Shown here piece by piece: positions 9,789 to 19,535 of a stretch of 64,000 nt of DNA (positions within the stretch are counted from its first letter, which is position 1; each line of letters begins with the position of its first letter). Source of the DNA: Candidatus Palauibacter sp. (GTDB taxonomy: Bacteria > Gemmatimonadota > Gemmatimonadetes > Palauibacterales > Palauibacteraceae). The stretch lies in assembly GCF_965222475.1 (NCBI RefSeq), contig NZ_CBDCUB010000001.1:810982-874981 (forward strand), written 5' to 3'. The notes under the pieces are model-generated. The model saw only the letters and a program-made list of their open reading frames with translations. It was not told where the DNA came from and ran no database searches. The translations under genes and the position numbers were made by a program.

Positions 9789-10706
9789 ATGGCGGCGCAG
9801 ATCCTGGATGGACGGCGAATCGCGGCCGAGATTCGTTCGGAGGTGGCGTCCCGGGTGCGGGTCCTTTCCCGGACCGGCGTGCGGCCCGGTCTCGGCGTGG
9901 TGCTCGTCGGGGACGACCCGGCGTCCCACGTCTACGTCCGGATGAAGACCCGCGCATGCGAGGAAGCGGGGCTCCACGCGCGCGATATCACACCGCCCGC
10001 CGATATCGGACAGGCGGACCTCCTCTCGATCGTCGATGAACTGAACGCGGACCCGGAAATCCACGGGATCCTGGTGCAGCTTCCCCTGCCGCGGCACCTG
10101 GACGAGCGGGAAGTGACCGAGAGGATCGATCCGGCCAGGGACGTCGACGGATTTCATCCCGTGAACCAGGGGCGCATGGCACAGGGAGACCCGCACGCGT
10201 TCCGGCCCGCGACGCCCGCCGGCGTGCAGGAATTGATCCGGCGGACGGGCGTCGACACCTCGGGGGCCCACGTCGTGATCGTCGGCCGCTCGAACATCGT
10301 CGGGATGCCGATGTCCCAGATCATGTTGCAGAAGGAGCCGGGCGCGAACGCCACGGTCACGGTCGCCCACAGCCGGACCCGGGACCTCGGGGCGGTGACC
10401 CGCCAGGGCGAGATCCTGATCGTCGCGGTGGGGCGGCCGGAGATCGTTCGCGGCGACATGGTGCGGGAGGGCGCCGTCGTCATCGATGTGGGCGTGAACC
10501 GGGTCGAGGATCCTTCGCTCGAGCGGGGATACCGGCTGGTCGGCGACGTCGCGTTCGACGAGGCCGCGGAGCGCGCGAGCTGGATCACGCCGGTCCCGGG
10601 GGGTGTGGGGCCGATGACGATCGCCATGCTGCTTCGGAACACCGTGACGTCGGCGGAGCGGATCGGGTGCGTGGCACCGGCGGAGGCCGCGCGGGCGGCG
10701 GGATGA
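9789..10706 (+). CDS. folD: Bifunctional methylenetetrahydrofolate dehydrogenase/cyclohydrolase
   Basis: 305 aa. Canonical FolD (…ILDGRRIAAEIR…GLGVVLVGDDPASHVYVRMK…VGRSNIVGMPM…). Confidence 0.92.
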   Translation: MAAQILDGRRIAAEIRSEVASRVRVLSRTGVRPGLGVVLVGDDPASHVYVRMKTRACEEAGLHARDITPPADIGQADLLSIVDELNADPEIHGILVQLPLPRHLDEREVTERIDPARDVDGFHPVNQGRMAQGDPHAFRPATPAGVQELIRRTGVDTSGAHVVIVGRSNIVGMPMSQIMLQKEPGANATVTVAHSRTRDLGAVTRQGEILIVAVGRPEIVRGDMVREGAVVIDVGVNRVEDPSLERGYRLVGDVAFDEAAERASWITPVPGGVGPMTIAMLLRNTVTSAERIGCVAPAEAARAAG

Positions 10707-12031
10707 GCACGCGCGGCCAGGCCTCGCTGTTCGGGGAGGGGGAAGGGGAGAGGGACATCCGGGCGGAGCCCGCGGCCGCCGCCCCGCCGCCGGTCCGCGA
10801 CGGCCGGTCGCCGGAGTCTGCGGTCACGGTCTCGGAACTCAATGAGGCCGCCCGGGGGACGCTGGAATCCCGCTTCGGGAACCTCTGGGTGCGCGGCGAG
10901 GTCGCGAACTGGAGGGTCTCCCCCGCGGGTCACCGCTACTTCTCGCTCCGGGATCAGGATCGCGACGCGAGTGTGTCGTGCGTCCTCTTCCGCGGTGACG
11001 CCTGGCGGCTGCCGGCGGATCCGGACGCGGGGATGGAGGTCTTCGTGCAGGGGCGCCCCACGCTCTATCCCGCGCAGGGTCGATTCCAGCTGCGGGTCCG
11101 CTCGATCGAGATGGCGGGGGAAGGGCTGTGGAGGATCGCGTTCGAGCGGCTGCGCCGGCGTCTGGACGCGGAGGGACTGCTGGCGGCCGATCGAAAGCGG
11201 CCGCTGCCGCCGTTCCCGCGCCGCATCGGCGTCGTGACCGCGCGAAAGGGCGCGGCGCTCCAGGACGTGCTCATCGTGCTCCGGCGGCGGGCCCCGTGGG
11301 TCGATGTCGTGGTGCGCAACTGCCGGGTCCAGGGCGAGGGGGCGGCGCTCGAGGTTCGGGATGCGCTGCGGCGTGTCGCCGAATGGAGCGCGCTCGGCCC
11401 CGGCTCGACCCTCGACGCGATCATCCTGAGTCGGGGCGGTGGGTCCACGGAGGACCTCTGGTGCTTCAACGAGGAGACCGCGGTGAGGGCGGTCGCCGAG
11501 AGTCCGGTCCCCGTGATCTGCGCCATCGGGCACGAGGTCGACGTGACGCTCTGCGAGTTGGTGGCCGACCTGCGGGCGCCGACCCCCTCGGCGGCGGCGG
11601 AACTCGCGGTGCCGGACATCCGGCGCGTGCGGGACTCGCTCGACACGACCGGAAGAGGGCTGGCACTAGGGCTGCGCCGCTTCGTCACGCGCGGACGGGA
11701 TCGGGTAGATGCGATCGGGCGACGCCTCCCGGCGGCCGCCGGCCATGTGCGGGACGTCGCGAAGCTGCGGCTGGAGGGCGTCGAGAAGCGACTCCCGCCG
11801 GGGATCGATCGAGCCCTCGCCCGGTCGCGTGCGCGCCTGGCCGGTCTCGCCGCCACTCTCGCCGCCCTCAGCCCCCTCGAGACCGTGGCCCGCGGATACG
11901 CCGTCGCCACAGACCTCGAGGGCCGGCGCCTCACGCGTGTCGAGGACTTCGAGCCCCGAACCCGCTTCCGGCTCCGCGTCCGCGGAGGCCGGGTCGACGC
12001 GACCGCCGATGCGGTGGAGTCGGAGACATGA
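10703..12031 (+). CDS. xseA: Exodeoxyribonuclease VII large subunit
   Basis: Start ATG 10703 (MSTRGQ…) overlaps the folD stop (ATGA). It has an OB-fold N-terminus (…VRGEVANWRVSPAGHRYFSLRD…) and the ExoVII catalytic core. Confidence 0.85.
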   Translation: MSTRGQASLFGEGEGERDIRAEPAAAAPPPVRDGRSPESAVTVSELNEAARGTLESRFGNLWVRGEVANWRVSPAGHRYFSLRDQDRDASVSCVLFRGDAWRLPADPDAGMEVFVQGRPTLYPAQGRFQLRVRSIEMAGEGLWRIAFERLRRRLDAEGLLAADRKRPLPPFPRRIGVVTARKGAALQDVLIVLRRRAPWVDVVVRNCRVQGEGAALEVRDALRRVAEWSALGPGSTLDAIILSRGGGSTEDLWCFNEETAVRAVAESPVPVICAIGHEVDVTLCELVADLRAPTPSAAAELAVPDIRRVRDSLDTTGRGLALGLRRFVTRGRDRVDAIGRRLPAAAGHVRDVAKLRLEGVEKRLPPGIDRALARSRARLAGLAATLAALSPLETVARGYAVATDLEGRRLTRVEDFEPRTRFRLRVRGGRVDATADAVESET

Positions 12032-12321
12032 CGGCGTCGTCCGAACGCGAGTTCGAGTTCGAGCGGACGGTCCGCGAACTGGAGGAGATCGTCGAGCGTC
12101 TCGACCGGGAGGACATCGGCCTCGACGAGGCGATCCGGCTCTTCGAGCGGGGCATCGAACGCCTCGGGGAGGCGCGCCGCTGGCTCGAGGCGGCGAGCGG
12201 CAAGGTCGAGGAGCTGATCGGCACCTCGACGGGGAGGCTGGACACGAAGCCTCTGGAGGCGGACGGACCGGCGGTCCACGGGGCCGGCCCGGGGTCGGAG
12301 GCGCCGGAGGCCCCGGCGTGA
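12028..12321 (+). CDS. xseB: Exodeoxyribonuclease VII small subunit
   Basis: The table ORF starts at 11128, overlapping xseA. The real start is ATG 12028 (MTASSEREFEFERTVRELEEIVERL…), which overlaps the xseA stop (ATGA). Confidence 0.8.
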   Translation: MTASSEREFEFERTVRELEEIVERLDREDIGLDEAIRLFERGIERLGEARRWLEAASGKVEELIGTSTGRLDTKPLEADGPAVHGAGPGSEAPEAPA

Positions 12322-13223
12322 GGCCGAGTCTCGAGGCCGCGCGCGCCTCCGTGGACGAGGAACTGGCGACGTGGCTGGGGGATGCCCTTCGGGAGGCCGG
12401 ACCGATCGCCGAGCCCATCCGCCACGCCATCCTCGCGCCGGGGAAGCGGATTCGGCCCCTTCTCCTCATCGGCGCGTGGGAGGCGGCCGGGGGCTCGCCG
12501 CGGGGAGGCGCGGCGGATCGTCCGAGTGGGCTCTACCGCCTGGCGCTGGCCCCCGAGCTGGTCCACGCCTACTCCCTGATTCACGACGACCTCCCCTGCA
12601 TGGATGACGACGACCTGCGCCGGGGGCGGCCGACCCTGCACGTGCGGTACGATGAGCGCGTCGCGATCCTCGCGGGCGCGGCGATACAGCCGCTCGCGAT
12701 CCTCGCCGTCGGCGACGGAGCCGCCGGACTCGAGCTGAGCGACGAGATCACCGCCCGGCTCATCAGGGTCCTGGCCCGGGCTTCCGGCGGGGTCGGCATG
12801 GTGGGAGGGCAGCTTCTCGACCTGCGGGCCGAACGGGAGGACGTGAGCTTCGAGACGCTCGAACGCATTCATCTCGGCAAGACCGCGAGCCTGATCAGCG
12901 CGTGCTGCACCATGGGCGGGATTGCGGCCGGGGCGCCGGAAGAGGCCGTCGACCGGCTGACCCGCTTCGGGGTCGCGATCGGCCTCGCGTTCCAGACCGT
13001 GGATGATATTCTCGATGTCACGGGATCGTCCCACCGGATGGGGAAGGCCGGGGGCCGCGACGCGGCGCTGGGAAAGGCCACGACGCCGTCGGTGCTGGGC
13101 CTCGGGGGAGCGAGGGAGAGGGCGGAACAACTGGGCCGCGGCGCGTTCCGGGAGCTGGCGTCGTTCCAGGCCGCCGACCGGCTTGGAGAGATCGGACGCC
13201 TCATCCTCGAGCGCGACCGTTGA
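12318..13223 (+). CDS. ispA: Polyprenyl (farnesyl/geranylgeranyl) diphosphate synthase
   Basis: The table ORF starts at 11709, overlapping xseA/xseB. GTG 12318 overlaps the xseB stop (GTGA). First DDxxD (LIHDDLPCMDDDDLRRG) and second DDxxD (FQTVDDILD) are present. The xseB-ispA adjacency is as in E. coli. Confidence 0.82.
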   Translation: MRPSLEAARASVDEELATWLGDALREAGPIAEPIRHAILAPGKRIRPLLLIGAWEAAGGSPRGGAADRPSGLYRLALAPELVHAYSLIHDDLPCMDDDDLRRGRPTLHVRYDERVAILAGAAIQPLAILAVGDGAAGLELSDEITARLIRVLARASGGVGMVGGQLLDLRAEREDVSFETLERIHLGKTASLISACCTMGGIAAGAPEEAVDRLTRFGVAIGLAFQTVDDILDVTGSSHRMGKAGGRDAALGKATTPSVLGLGGARERAEQLGRGAFRELASFQAADRLGEIGRLILERDR

Positions 13224-13258
13224 TACGGGGCTGAGAGCTTCGAGGAAGCAGGTTTACC

Positions 13259-14158
13259 ATGCGCTTCGCCATCATCGGTAATCCCGAATCTCCGCACCTG
13301 GAGCCGTTGCTCGCGCGCGTCGAGCGGAAGGCGGCCGAGTTGGGCATCTCGCTCGTCTTCGAGCCGTCGCTCGCGACGGACGGCCGCCGCGAGTGTGCGC
13401 CGCTGGAGGAGATCGGAGAAGATGTCGCCCTCGTGCTCACGCTCGGAGGCGACGGGACGCTGCTGCGCGCCGCGCGGTTCGCGGCACCGCTCGGGATTCC
13501 GGTGCTGGGGTGCAACCTGGGCCGACTCGGGTTCCTCACCCTGGTTCCGACCGACGAACTCGAAGCGGCCATGTCGAGCGTGGCGAGCGGAGAATACGAC
13601 CTGGAGGAGCGGCTTACCCTGCGCATCGAGGTGCGCGTGAACGGGTCCGGCGCCCCGGAGTCGAAGAGCTTCCACGCGATCAACGACGCGGTCATCCACA
13701 AGAGCGGCTTCGCCCGCCTCATCAGCTACCGGGTGCTGGCGGACGACGACCTGGTCGGCCAGTACAGCGCGGACGGGATCATCCTCGCCACCGCGACGGG
13801 TTCCACGGCCTACAGCCTCTCGGCCGGCGGGCCGATCGTCTCGCCCACCATGGAAGGGATCGTGGCCACCCCGATCTCCCCGCACACCCTGGCCGTGCGG
13901 CCGGTCGTCTTTGCGGGCGACACGCGAATCTCCGTGGAACTGCTTTCGGGCGATCGCGACCTGCAGCTCACCGTCGACGGACAGCGCGGGTGTCCGCTAT
14001 CGGTCGGCGACCGCGTGCAGGTCGTCCGCTCACGGCATCCCGTGCGCCTCGTGCGCCTGCCCGACTACTCGTTCTTCACGGTGCTGCGACGAAAGCTGCA
14101 CTGGGGAGACGTGCGCGCACACCCGTATCCCGAATCCGGCGGCGGCGCCCATGGGTGA
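13259..14158 (+). CDS. nadK: NAD+ kinase
   Basis: 299 aa with GGDGT (…LVLTLGGDGTLLRAAR…) and the NE/DG-x-TAYS motif (…ATATGSTAYSLSAGGP…). Confidence 0.88.
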   Translation: MRFAIIGNPESPHLEPLLARVERKAAELGISLVFEPSLATDGRRECAPLEEIGEDVALVLTLGGDGTLLRAARFAAPLGIPVLGCNLGRLGFLTLVPTDELEAAMSSVASGEYDLEERLTLRIEVRVNGSGAPESKSFHAINDAVIHKSGFARLISYRVLADDDLVGQYSADGIILATATGSTAYSLSAGGPIVSPTMEGIVATPISPHTLAVRPVVFAGDTRISVELLSGDRDLQLTVDGQRGCPLSVGDRVQVVRSRHPVRLVRLPDYSFFTVLRRKLHWGDVRAHPYPESGGGAHG

Positions 14159-14161
14159 GAG

Positions 14162-15826
14162 ATGCTGACCGAGCTTCGCGTTCGGAACTTCGCCGTCGTC
14201 GAGGAGGCCGTCCTCGAGTTCGGGCCGGGACTCAGCGTCCTCAGCGGCGAGACCGGGGCCGGGAAGTCGATCCTCGTCGAGGCGCTCGCGCTGCTGGTCG
14301 GCGGGCGCCCCTCCCCGGACATGATCCGGGCCGGGGCGGGCCGGGCGCGGATCGAGGCCCGCTTCGAGGTCGAGGGCGTCGAGGGCATCGCGTCGCTGTG
14401 CGAGCAGGCGGGCGTGGATCACGACGACGGCTGGCTGATCCTCCGTCGCGAGCTGCGCCGCGAGGGGCGCCACCGGGCCTGGGTCAACGGTTCTCCGGCC
14501 ACCACGAGGCTGCTGCGCGAACTCGGGGAGCGGCTCGTCGAACTGCATGGGCAGCACGAGCACCAGCGTTTGCTCGACCGAGGCCACCAGCGGCGGATCC
14601 TCGACGCGTTCGGGCGCCATGAAGCGCTGGTCGCGAAGACGGCGGCGGCCTTCGACACGTTGCGCGACCTGGACGCCCGGCTCGCGCGAGTCCGCCAGAC
14701 GGTTCGCGAAGGGCGGGAACGCGCCGACTACCTGCGCTTCAAGTGCGATGAGATCGCGGCGGCCTCGCTCTCGCCCGACGAGGATGAGGTACTGGAGACG
14801 GAGGCGCGCCGGCTCACGCATTCCGAGGAACTCATCGAGCTTTCCGGTCTCCTCCACCACCGCCTGTACGAGGCGGAAGGCTCCGTCGTGGACCAGCTCG
14901 GGGAACTCGGCAACCGACTCGACGCCCTCGTCACGATCGACCCCGCCGCGAGCCTGTTCCGTGACCTGCACGAAGCGGCGCTCCGCAGCGTCGAGGAACT
15001 CGGACTGGGTCTCGCCCCCTATCGCGACGCCATCGAGCACGACCCGCGCCGTCTCGACGAGATCCGCCTCCGCCAGGATCTCCTCTACCGGCTGAAGCGG
15101 AAGTATGGAGACTCGCTCGCCGAGGTCATCCGGACGGGAGAGGAAGCCCGGCGCGAGCTGGAGCGGATCGACGGAGCCGACGACGAAATCGCCCGCCTCG
15201 AGGCGGGCCGGGAGGAGGCGGCCGCGGAGCTGGCCGAGCGGGCGTCCAGGCTCTCCGAGCGGCGGCGGCGCACCGCCGAGGCGCTCTCCGAAGCGGTCAA
15301 CGCCGCGCTCCCCGACCTCGGGCTGCGGGGCGGCCGCCTCGCGGTACAACTCGTCGGAGACGGGGAAATCCGGCGGCTGGGAACGGAGCGGGTGGAGTTT
15401 CTCGTCTCGCTGAATCCCGGCTTTCAGCCGGCCCCGCTCCGCCGGGTCGCGTCGGGAGGTGAGATGAGCCGGCTCATGCTGGCGCTCGAGGCGGCGCTGA
15501 TCGAAGTCGATGAACTCCCGATCCTCGTGTTCGACGAAATCGACGCCGGCATCGGGGGCGAGGTGGCGCACCGCATCGCCGACCGGCTCATCCGCCTCTC
15601 CGCCGCGCATCAGGTGCTCGTGGTGACGCACCTGGCGCAGATCGCGGCCCGGGCCAATGCGCACTACTCCATCGGCAAGACCACGGAGGGCGAGGCGACC
15701 CGGACGTCGGTGCGCGCGCTCACCGGGGGCGAACGCGTGCTCGAGGTGGCGCGCATGCTCGGAGGCGACCCGGACAGCCGCGCCTCGCGCGCCCATGCGG
15801 AGGAGCTGCTCGCCGGCCAGATCTGA
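14162..15826 (+). CDS. recN: DNA repair protein RecN
   Basis: 554 aa. SMC-like Walker A (GETGAGKSIL), a long coiled coil and a C-terminal signature/Walker B (…FDEIDAGIGGE…). Confidence 0.92.
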   Translation: MLTELRVRNFAVVEEAVLEFGPGLSVLSGETGAGKSILVEALALLVGGRPSPDMIRAGAGRARIEARFEVEGVEGIASLCEQAGVDHDDGWLILRRELRREGRHRAWVNGSPATTRLLRELGERLVELHGQHEHQRLLDRGHQRRILDAFGRHEALVAKTAAAFDTLRDLDARLARVRQTVREGRERADYLRFKCDEIAAASLSPDEDEVLETEARRLTHSEELIELSGLLHHRLYEAEGSVVDQLGELGNRLDALVTIDPAASLFRDLHEAALRSVEELGLGLAPYRDAIEHDPRRLDEIRLRQDLLYRLKRKYGDSLAEVIRTGEEARRELERIDGADDEIARLEAGREEAAAELAERASRLSERRRRTAEALSEAVNAALPDLGLRGGRLAVQLVGDGEIRRLGTERVEFLVSLNPGFQPAPLRRVASGGEMSRLMLALEAALIEVDELPILVFDEIDAGIGGEVAHRIADRLIRLSAAHQVLVVTHLAQIAARANAHYSIGKTTEGEATRTSVRALTGGERVLEVARMLGGDPDSRASRAHAEELLAGQI

Positions 15827-15850
15827 CCGGACGGCCCGGGGAACGGCTCG

Positions 15851-17497
15851 CTAGAAGATGTTGATCGGGATGCGGAAGTCGGCGCCGAATCTGAACGAGG
15901 CGGGCGTCTGTCCCCCGGAGCCGGCGATGGCCCGTCGCAGCGAGATCCCGAACCGCCAGGGGTTCCGCACCGGGCGCGCGCCCGACCGCAATTCCTCCCG
16001 ACCGCCCGCCTCGGACAGGTCGACGATGAACCCCAACCCGACGCGGTGGCGCGTCTGCGATCCCTCGGCCGCAACGAGGCTCGGGTCCTCGATCTCCGAC
16101 TCCGGGTCGGTGAGGGCGTAGTAGGGATCCCCCAACTTGAAGTAGTCGTACTCGAAGCCGATCCGCATCGCCGAGTTCAGACGCAGCGTGGGCCGGACGA
16201 GAACCCGGACGTACTCTCCGAGATCCCGGAACAGGAGCGTCTGGCGCGATCCGCTCACGTACGGCTGATCCGGGGGGGTGACGTGGAGCACGTACGCGTC
16301 CGACTGCTGGATCCCGTAGTGGCCGGCCGCCTGGATCATGAACACGCGCCCGAACGCGATATCCTGATAGAGCGCCAGTTCGATATCGGTCTGTCCGTCC
16401 CCGAGAGGTATGTCGGCGGAGTTGGAGGGATCCCGGAACGGCGGGGCGTTCTGCGACTGGATCGGGACGCGCAGGAGTCCGCCGACGGTGGTTCGGAACC
16501 GGATGCCTCGCTCCGGATCGTCGGGCCCCGTCGCGCCGGGAATCGGACGACGGCGGGTGATCTGGTCGATGAGGTTGACCCGCGCGAAGACCTCGATCTC
16601 CCCGAGGGCGAGACCGTTCCTCGAATTCGCCGGGAGGCGGTCGGCGAGTCCCGCCCCGAGGAAGAGAGCCTCGAAGTCGGCTTCACTGGAGAACTCGGGA
16701 AGGGCGAGTTCCGGCAGCGAGAGCCCGAGAGCCTCGAACGCGGCCGCGAAGCCCCCGAACCGCCCCAGCATCTGCGATCCCGCCGTGCTCGGAGCGGTGG
16801 GAATCAGGCCCCCCCCGCCGGCGCGCCGCTCCAGCGCATTCAGGAAGGCCGAGGTGTTGTCCCGTAACGCGATGGCGTCGGAGAGCGCCGGGCCGGTGAG
16901 CGCACCGCTGTCGATCAGCTGCCGGAGTGATCCGAGAGCGGCCCGCGCGTCCGTGCTGAACGCGTCGCCGGGCCCCAGCCCGGACGCCGCGCCGGTGACG
17001 GTCGCGGCGGTCGAGTCGAAGGCGAATCCGGTCGTCATGTCCGTCAGAGTGAAAGGCGCCCGGAAGCCTACACTGACCCAGTCGAGGACGCCCACCTCGG
17101 CCCCGAGCGCGAGCCGCCGGATCTGGGCCCGCATCACCGAGAAATCGAGGTCGCCGAACGAGAAGTCTTCGAGCGTCACCGGATCGAAGCCGAGTGCGAC
17201 GGCATCCGCGTTGAGCCCGTCGACGAGGGCGTCGGGGGCCGGGAACATCCGCCCGGCGAGCGGGCCGTCGAAGTGGCCCGCCAGCGGCTCCCGGTCGCCG
17301 TCGGCGATCGAGTCGGTCGAAGAGTCGAGGGCGAACTGCTCGGACCAGTTGAGCAGGGTCGGCGCCACCTGGAGCCACAACTGCCCGGACCGCGGCAGGC
17401 GGGCGTCGCGAAACTGCGCCTCGCAGGGTACCGAGAGCGCGATGAGGGCGAGGATGGCGAGGGGGAGGGCGCGTGGGCACCGGATCTCCGGAAGCAT
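15851..17497 (-). CDS. Putative outer-membrane beta-barrel protein (function unknown)
   Basis: Sec signal (…ALPLAILALIALSVPCEAQ), alternating amphipathic strands, and a C-terminal …FRIPINIF with terminal Phe, typical of OM beta-barrels. The start is taken at the internal Met (17497); the table ORF starts at 17518. Confidence 0.5.
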   Translation of the reverse strand: MLPEIRCPRALPLAILALIALSVPCEAQFRDARLPRSGQLWLQVAPTLLNWSEQFALDSSTDSIADGDREPLAGHFDGPLAGRMFPAPDALVDGLNADAVALGFDPVTLEDFSFGDLDFSVMRAQIRRLALGAEVGVLDWVSVGFRAPFTLTDMTTGFAFDSTAATVTGAASGLGPGDAFSTDARAALGSLRQLIDSGALTGPALSDAIALRDNTSAFLNALERRAGGGGLIPTAPSTAGSQMLGRFGGFAAAFEALGLSLPELALPEFSSEADFEALFLGAGLADRLPANSRNGLALGEIEVFARVNLIDQITRRRPIPGATGPDDPERGIRFRTTVGGLLRVPIQSQNAPPFRDPSNSADIPLGDGQTDIELALYQDIAFGRVFMIQAAGHYGIQQSDAYVLHVTPPDQPYVSGSRQTLLFRDLGEYVRVLVRPTLRLNSAMRIGFEYDYFKLGDPYYALTDPESEIEDPSLVAAEGSQTRHRVGLGFIVDLSEAGGREELRSGARPVRNPWRFGISLRRAIAGSGGQTPASFRFGADFRIPINIF

Positions 17498-17628
17498 TGC
17501 GCGAGTATAGCAGTCCATGGCCGAACCCCGCTACGAGCGGGGTCCTCCCCCGAGGAGGGCACGCCGCCGCGCCCCGGCGTCCGGAGACTTTCCGGGGGAT
17601 GGTCGGCTCATTAGGCTGTGCGATCTCC

Positions 17629-17699
17629 GGCGCCGTGGCCGAGTGGTTAGGCAGGGGCCTGCAAAGCCCCCTACTCCGGTTCGAATCCGGACGGCGCCT
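17629..17699 (+). tRNA. tRNA-Cys (anticodon GCA)
   Basis: Hand-folded cloverleaf: acceptor GGCGCCG/CGGCGCC, 3-bp D stem, anticodon stem GGGGC/GCCCC with loop CUGCAAA, T arm TCCGG-TTCGAAT-CCGGA. CCA is not encoded. Confidence 0.8.
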
Positions 17700-17735
17700 C
17701 TCTTTCTCCGCTCAGGACCGGCGACCGAAGGGGAG

Positions 17736-18872
17736 GTGGGGTTGGCCTTCAGACTGAAAGCGGACAACGCCCTCTACCTGTTCCTCGTCTTCATTCCCAT
17801 CACCCTCGTGCTCGAGTACGTGGTCCATGCGTCTCCGACCACGCTCTTTCTTACCTCGGCGGTGGCGATCGTTCCCCTCGCCGGACTCATGGGGAAGTCG
17901 ACGGAGATGCTGGCCGAGCATGTGGGGGCCGGACTCGGGGGGCTGCTGAACGCGACGTTCGGGAACGCCGCGGAACTCATCATCGCCATCTTCGCCCTCA
18001 AGGCGGGCCTCCACGAACTCGTGAAGGCGTCGCTCACGGGGTCGATCATCGGGAACATCCTCCTCGTGTTCGGGCTCGGCGCGCTGCTCGGCGGTCTGAA
18101 GTTCCGCCGACAGGTGTTCAACCGCACCGCCGCGAGGCTCGGCGCCACCCTCCTCCTGCTGAGCGCGGTGGGCCTCATCATCCCCTCGCTCCTGCACTTC
18201 ACGCGCGGCGGGCCGGGTGCGGCGGCGGCAGGGGATGCAGCGACGGTCTCGGGCTCACTCAGCCTCGAGATCGCCGTCGTCCTCATCGTGTGCTACGTGC
18301 TCTCGCTCGTGTTCGCGTTCACGACGCATGCGGACCTCTACCGCGGCGCGTCTCACCACGGGGACCACGGGGAGGGCGGGGAGGGCGGGCACGCGGCGGG
18401 GGCCGCCTGGTCGAAGGGGAGGTCGTTCGCGGTCCTCCTGACGGCGGCGGCCTTCGTCGGCTGGATGAGCGAGATCCTCGTGGGCGGGGCGGAGGAGGCG
18501 GCGCACGCCCTCGGGATGAACGAGGTCTTCGTCGGCGTCATCGTCGTCGCCCTCGTCGGGAACGCGGCCGAGCACTCGACGGCGGTCCTCGTCGCGCTCC
18601 GCAACAAGATGGACCTGTCGCTCCAGATCGCGGTGGGCTCCTCGCTCCAGATCGCGCTCTTCATCGCGCCGCTGCTCGTCTTCCTCTCCTACGCGATCGG
18701 TCCGGCTCCGATGGACCTCGTGTTCACCCCGCTCGAGGTTGCGGCGGTCGCGATTTCGGTCATCGTCGTCGGACAGATCTCCGGCGACGGGGAGACGCAC
18801 TGGATGGAGGGGGTTCTTCTCCTCGGCGTGTACGTGCTCCTGGGCCTGGCCTTCTTCAACCTTCCGGGGTAG
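17736..18872 (+). CDS. chaA: Ca2+/H+ (cation/proton) exchanger, CAX family
   Basis: The table ORF runs upstream through the tRNA. The plausible start is GTG 17736, just after GAAGGGGAGG. About 11 TM segments with duplicated GNAAE motifs ([13 protein letters not shown]; [14 protein letters not shown]), typical of CaCA/CAX. Confidence 0.85.
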   Translation: MGLAFRLKADNALYLFLVFIPITLVLEYVVHASPTTLFLTSAVAIVPLAGLMGKSTEMLAEHVGAGLGGLLNATFGNAAELIIAIFALKAGLHELVKASLTGSIIGNILLVFGLGALLGGLKFRRQVFNRTAARLGATLLLLSAVGLIIPSLLHFTRGGPGAAAAGDAATVSGSLSLEIAVVLIVCYVLSLVFAFTTHADLYRGASHHGDHGEGGEGGHAAGAAWSKGRSFAVLLTAAAFVGWMSEILVGGAEEAAHALGMNEVFVGVIVVALVGNAAEHSTAVLVALRNKMDLSLQIAVGSSLQIALFIAPLLVFLSYAIGPAPMDLVFTPLEVAAVAISVIVVGQISGDGETHWMEGVLLLGVYVLLGLAFFNLPG

Positions 18873-18930
18873 CCCCGCGCGGCCGGTCGCCAAAGCAACG
18901 CTTCACGGGTTCGTGGCGTCTCAGTGTCGC

Positions 18931-18963
18931 GACCCCGAGGAACACTCGATGCACTGCGGGGTC
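18931..18963. terminator. Inverted repeat between convergent genes (possible bidirectional terminator)
   Basis: GACCCCG…(19-nt loop)…CGGGGTC; the stem extends to ~9 bp. No T-run. Confidence 0.2.
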
Positions 18964-19070
18964 GGGTCTGTGGGTGGTGAACGACGCCGGGGCGCCGGGT
19001 CACCCTCCTGTGGCAGGGAAGAAGTGGGGATGAAGTCCATTCTACCGAAGTGATCGCGCGCGCCCCGGCG

Positions 19071-19526
19071 TCACCCTTCCTCTCGCCCCGCCCGATCGGG
19101 GCCTTCGATTCGAACCAGTTCGACGCGATCTGCAAAGCGGCGAAAATCCTTAGGGTTCAGCGTGAGGAGCCGGTGCTCCCCGTAGGCGAGCATGGTAGCG
19201 GCAATATTGGCGTCATGGACCCGCTTTCCGGCTAGAGGTACGTCCCGACACAGCTCCGCAAGCGTGCTCATGACCCGCGGCCCGTCCTCGAGGATCTCGA
19301 AGACTCCGCACATCCGCTCCACGTCACCCAGGGCCTTCGCCATGTCGAGCGGGGTCGACCAGGCCTGGGGCCGTGTAACCGTAGCCAGGTATTCCCGGAT
19401 GATCTGTCGGCTGATCCGGAGCCGTTCAGGACCCTGCAAGGCTCTCGAGATCGCGCGCCGGGCGATCCGGGACTGAGGAGCTTCCGGAACCCGGGCCGCT
19501 ACGATGACGTTGGTGTCAATGAACAG
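19071..19526 (-). CDS. PIN-domain (VapC-like) ribonuclease toxin; no ATG/GTG/TTG start is available
   Basis: The minus-strand frame reads …ALFIDTNVIV…RVHDANIAATMLAYGEHRLLTLNPKDFRRF…, i.e. PIN acidic-residue motifs. Immediately after the upstream gene's TAG there is AGGAG-cccgcc-CTG-TTC-ATT-GAC, so the only candidate starts are CTG (19526) or ATT (19520). The table ORF (19439) starts too late. Confidence 0.6.
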   Translation of the reverse strand: MFIDTNVIVAARVPEAPQSRIARRAISRALQGPERLRISRQIIREYLATVTRPQAWSTPLDMAKALGDVERMCGVFEILEDGPRVMSTLAELCRDVPLAGKRVHDANIAATMLAYGEHRLLTLNPKDFRRFADRVELVRIEGPDRAGREEG

Positions 19527-19535
19527 GGCGGGCTC

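Noticed and set aside
7950-10370. 806-aa minus-strand ORF opposite rny/folD
   Set aside because: Antisense shadow of two well-supported genes. Low-complexity R/H/D/P-rich translation.
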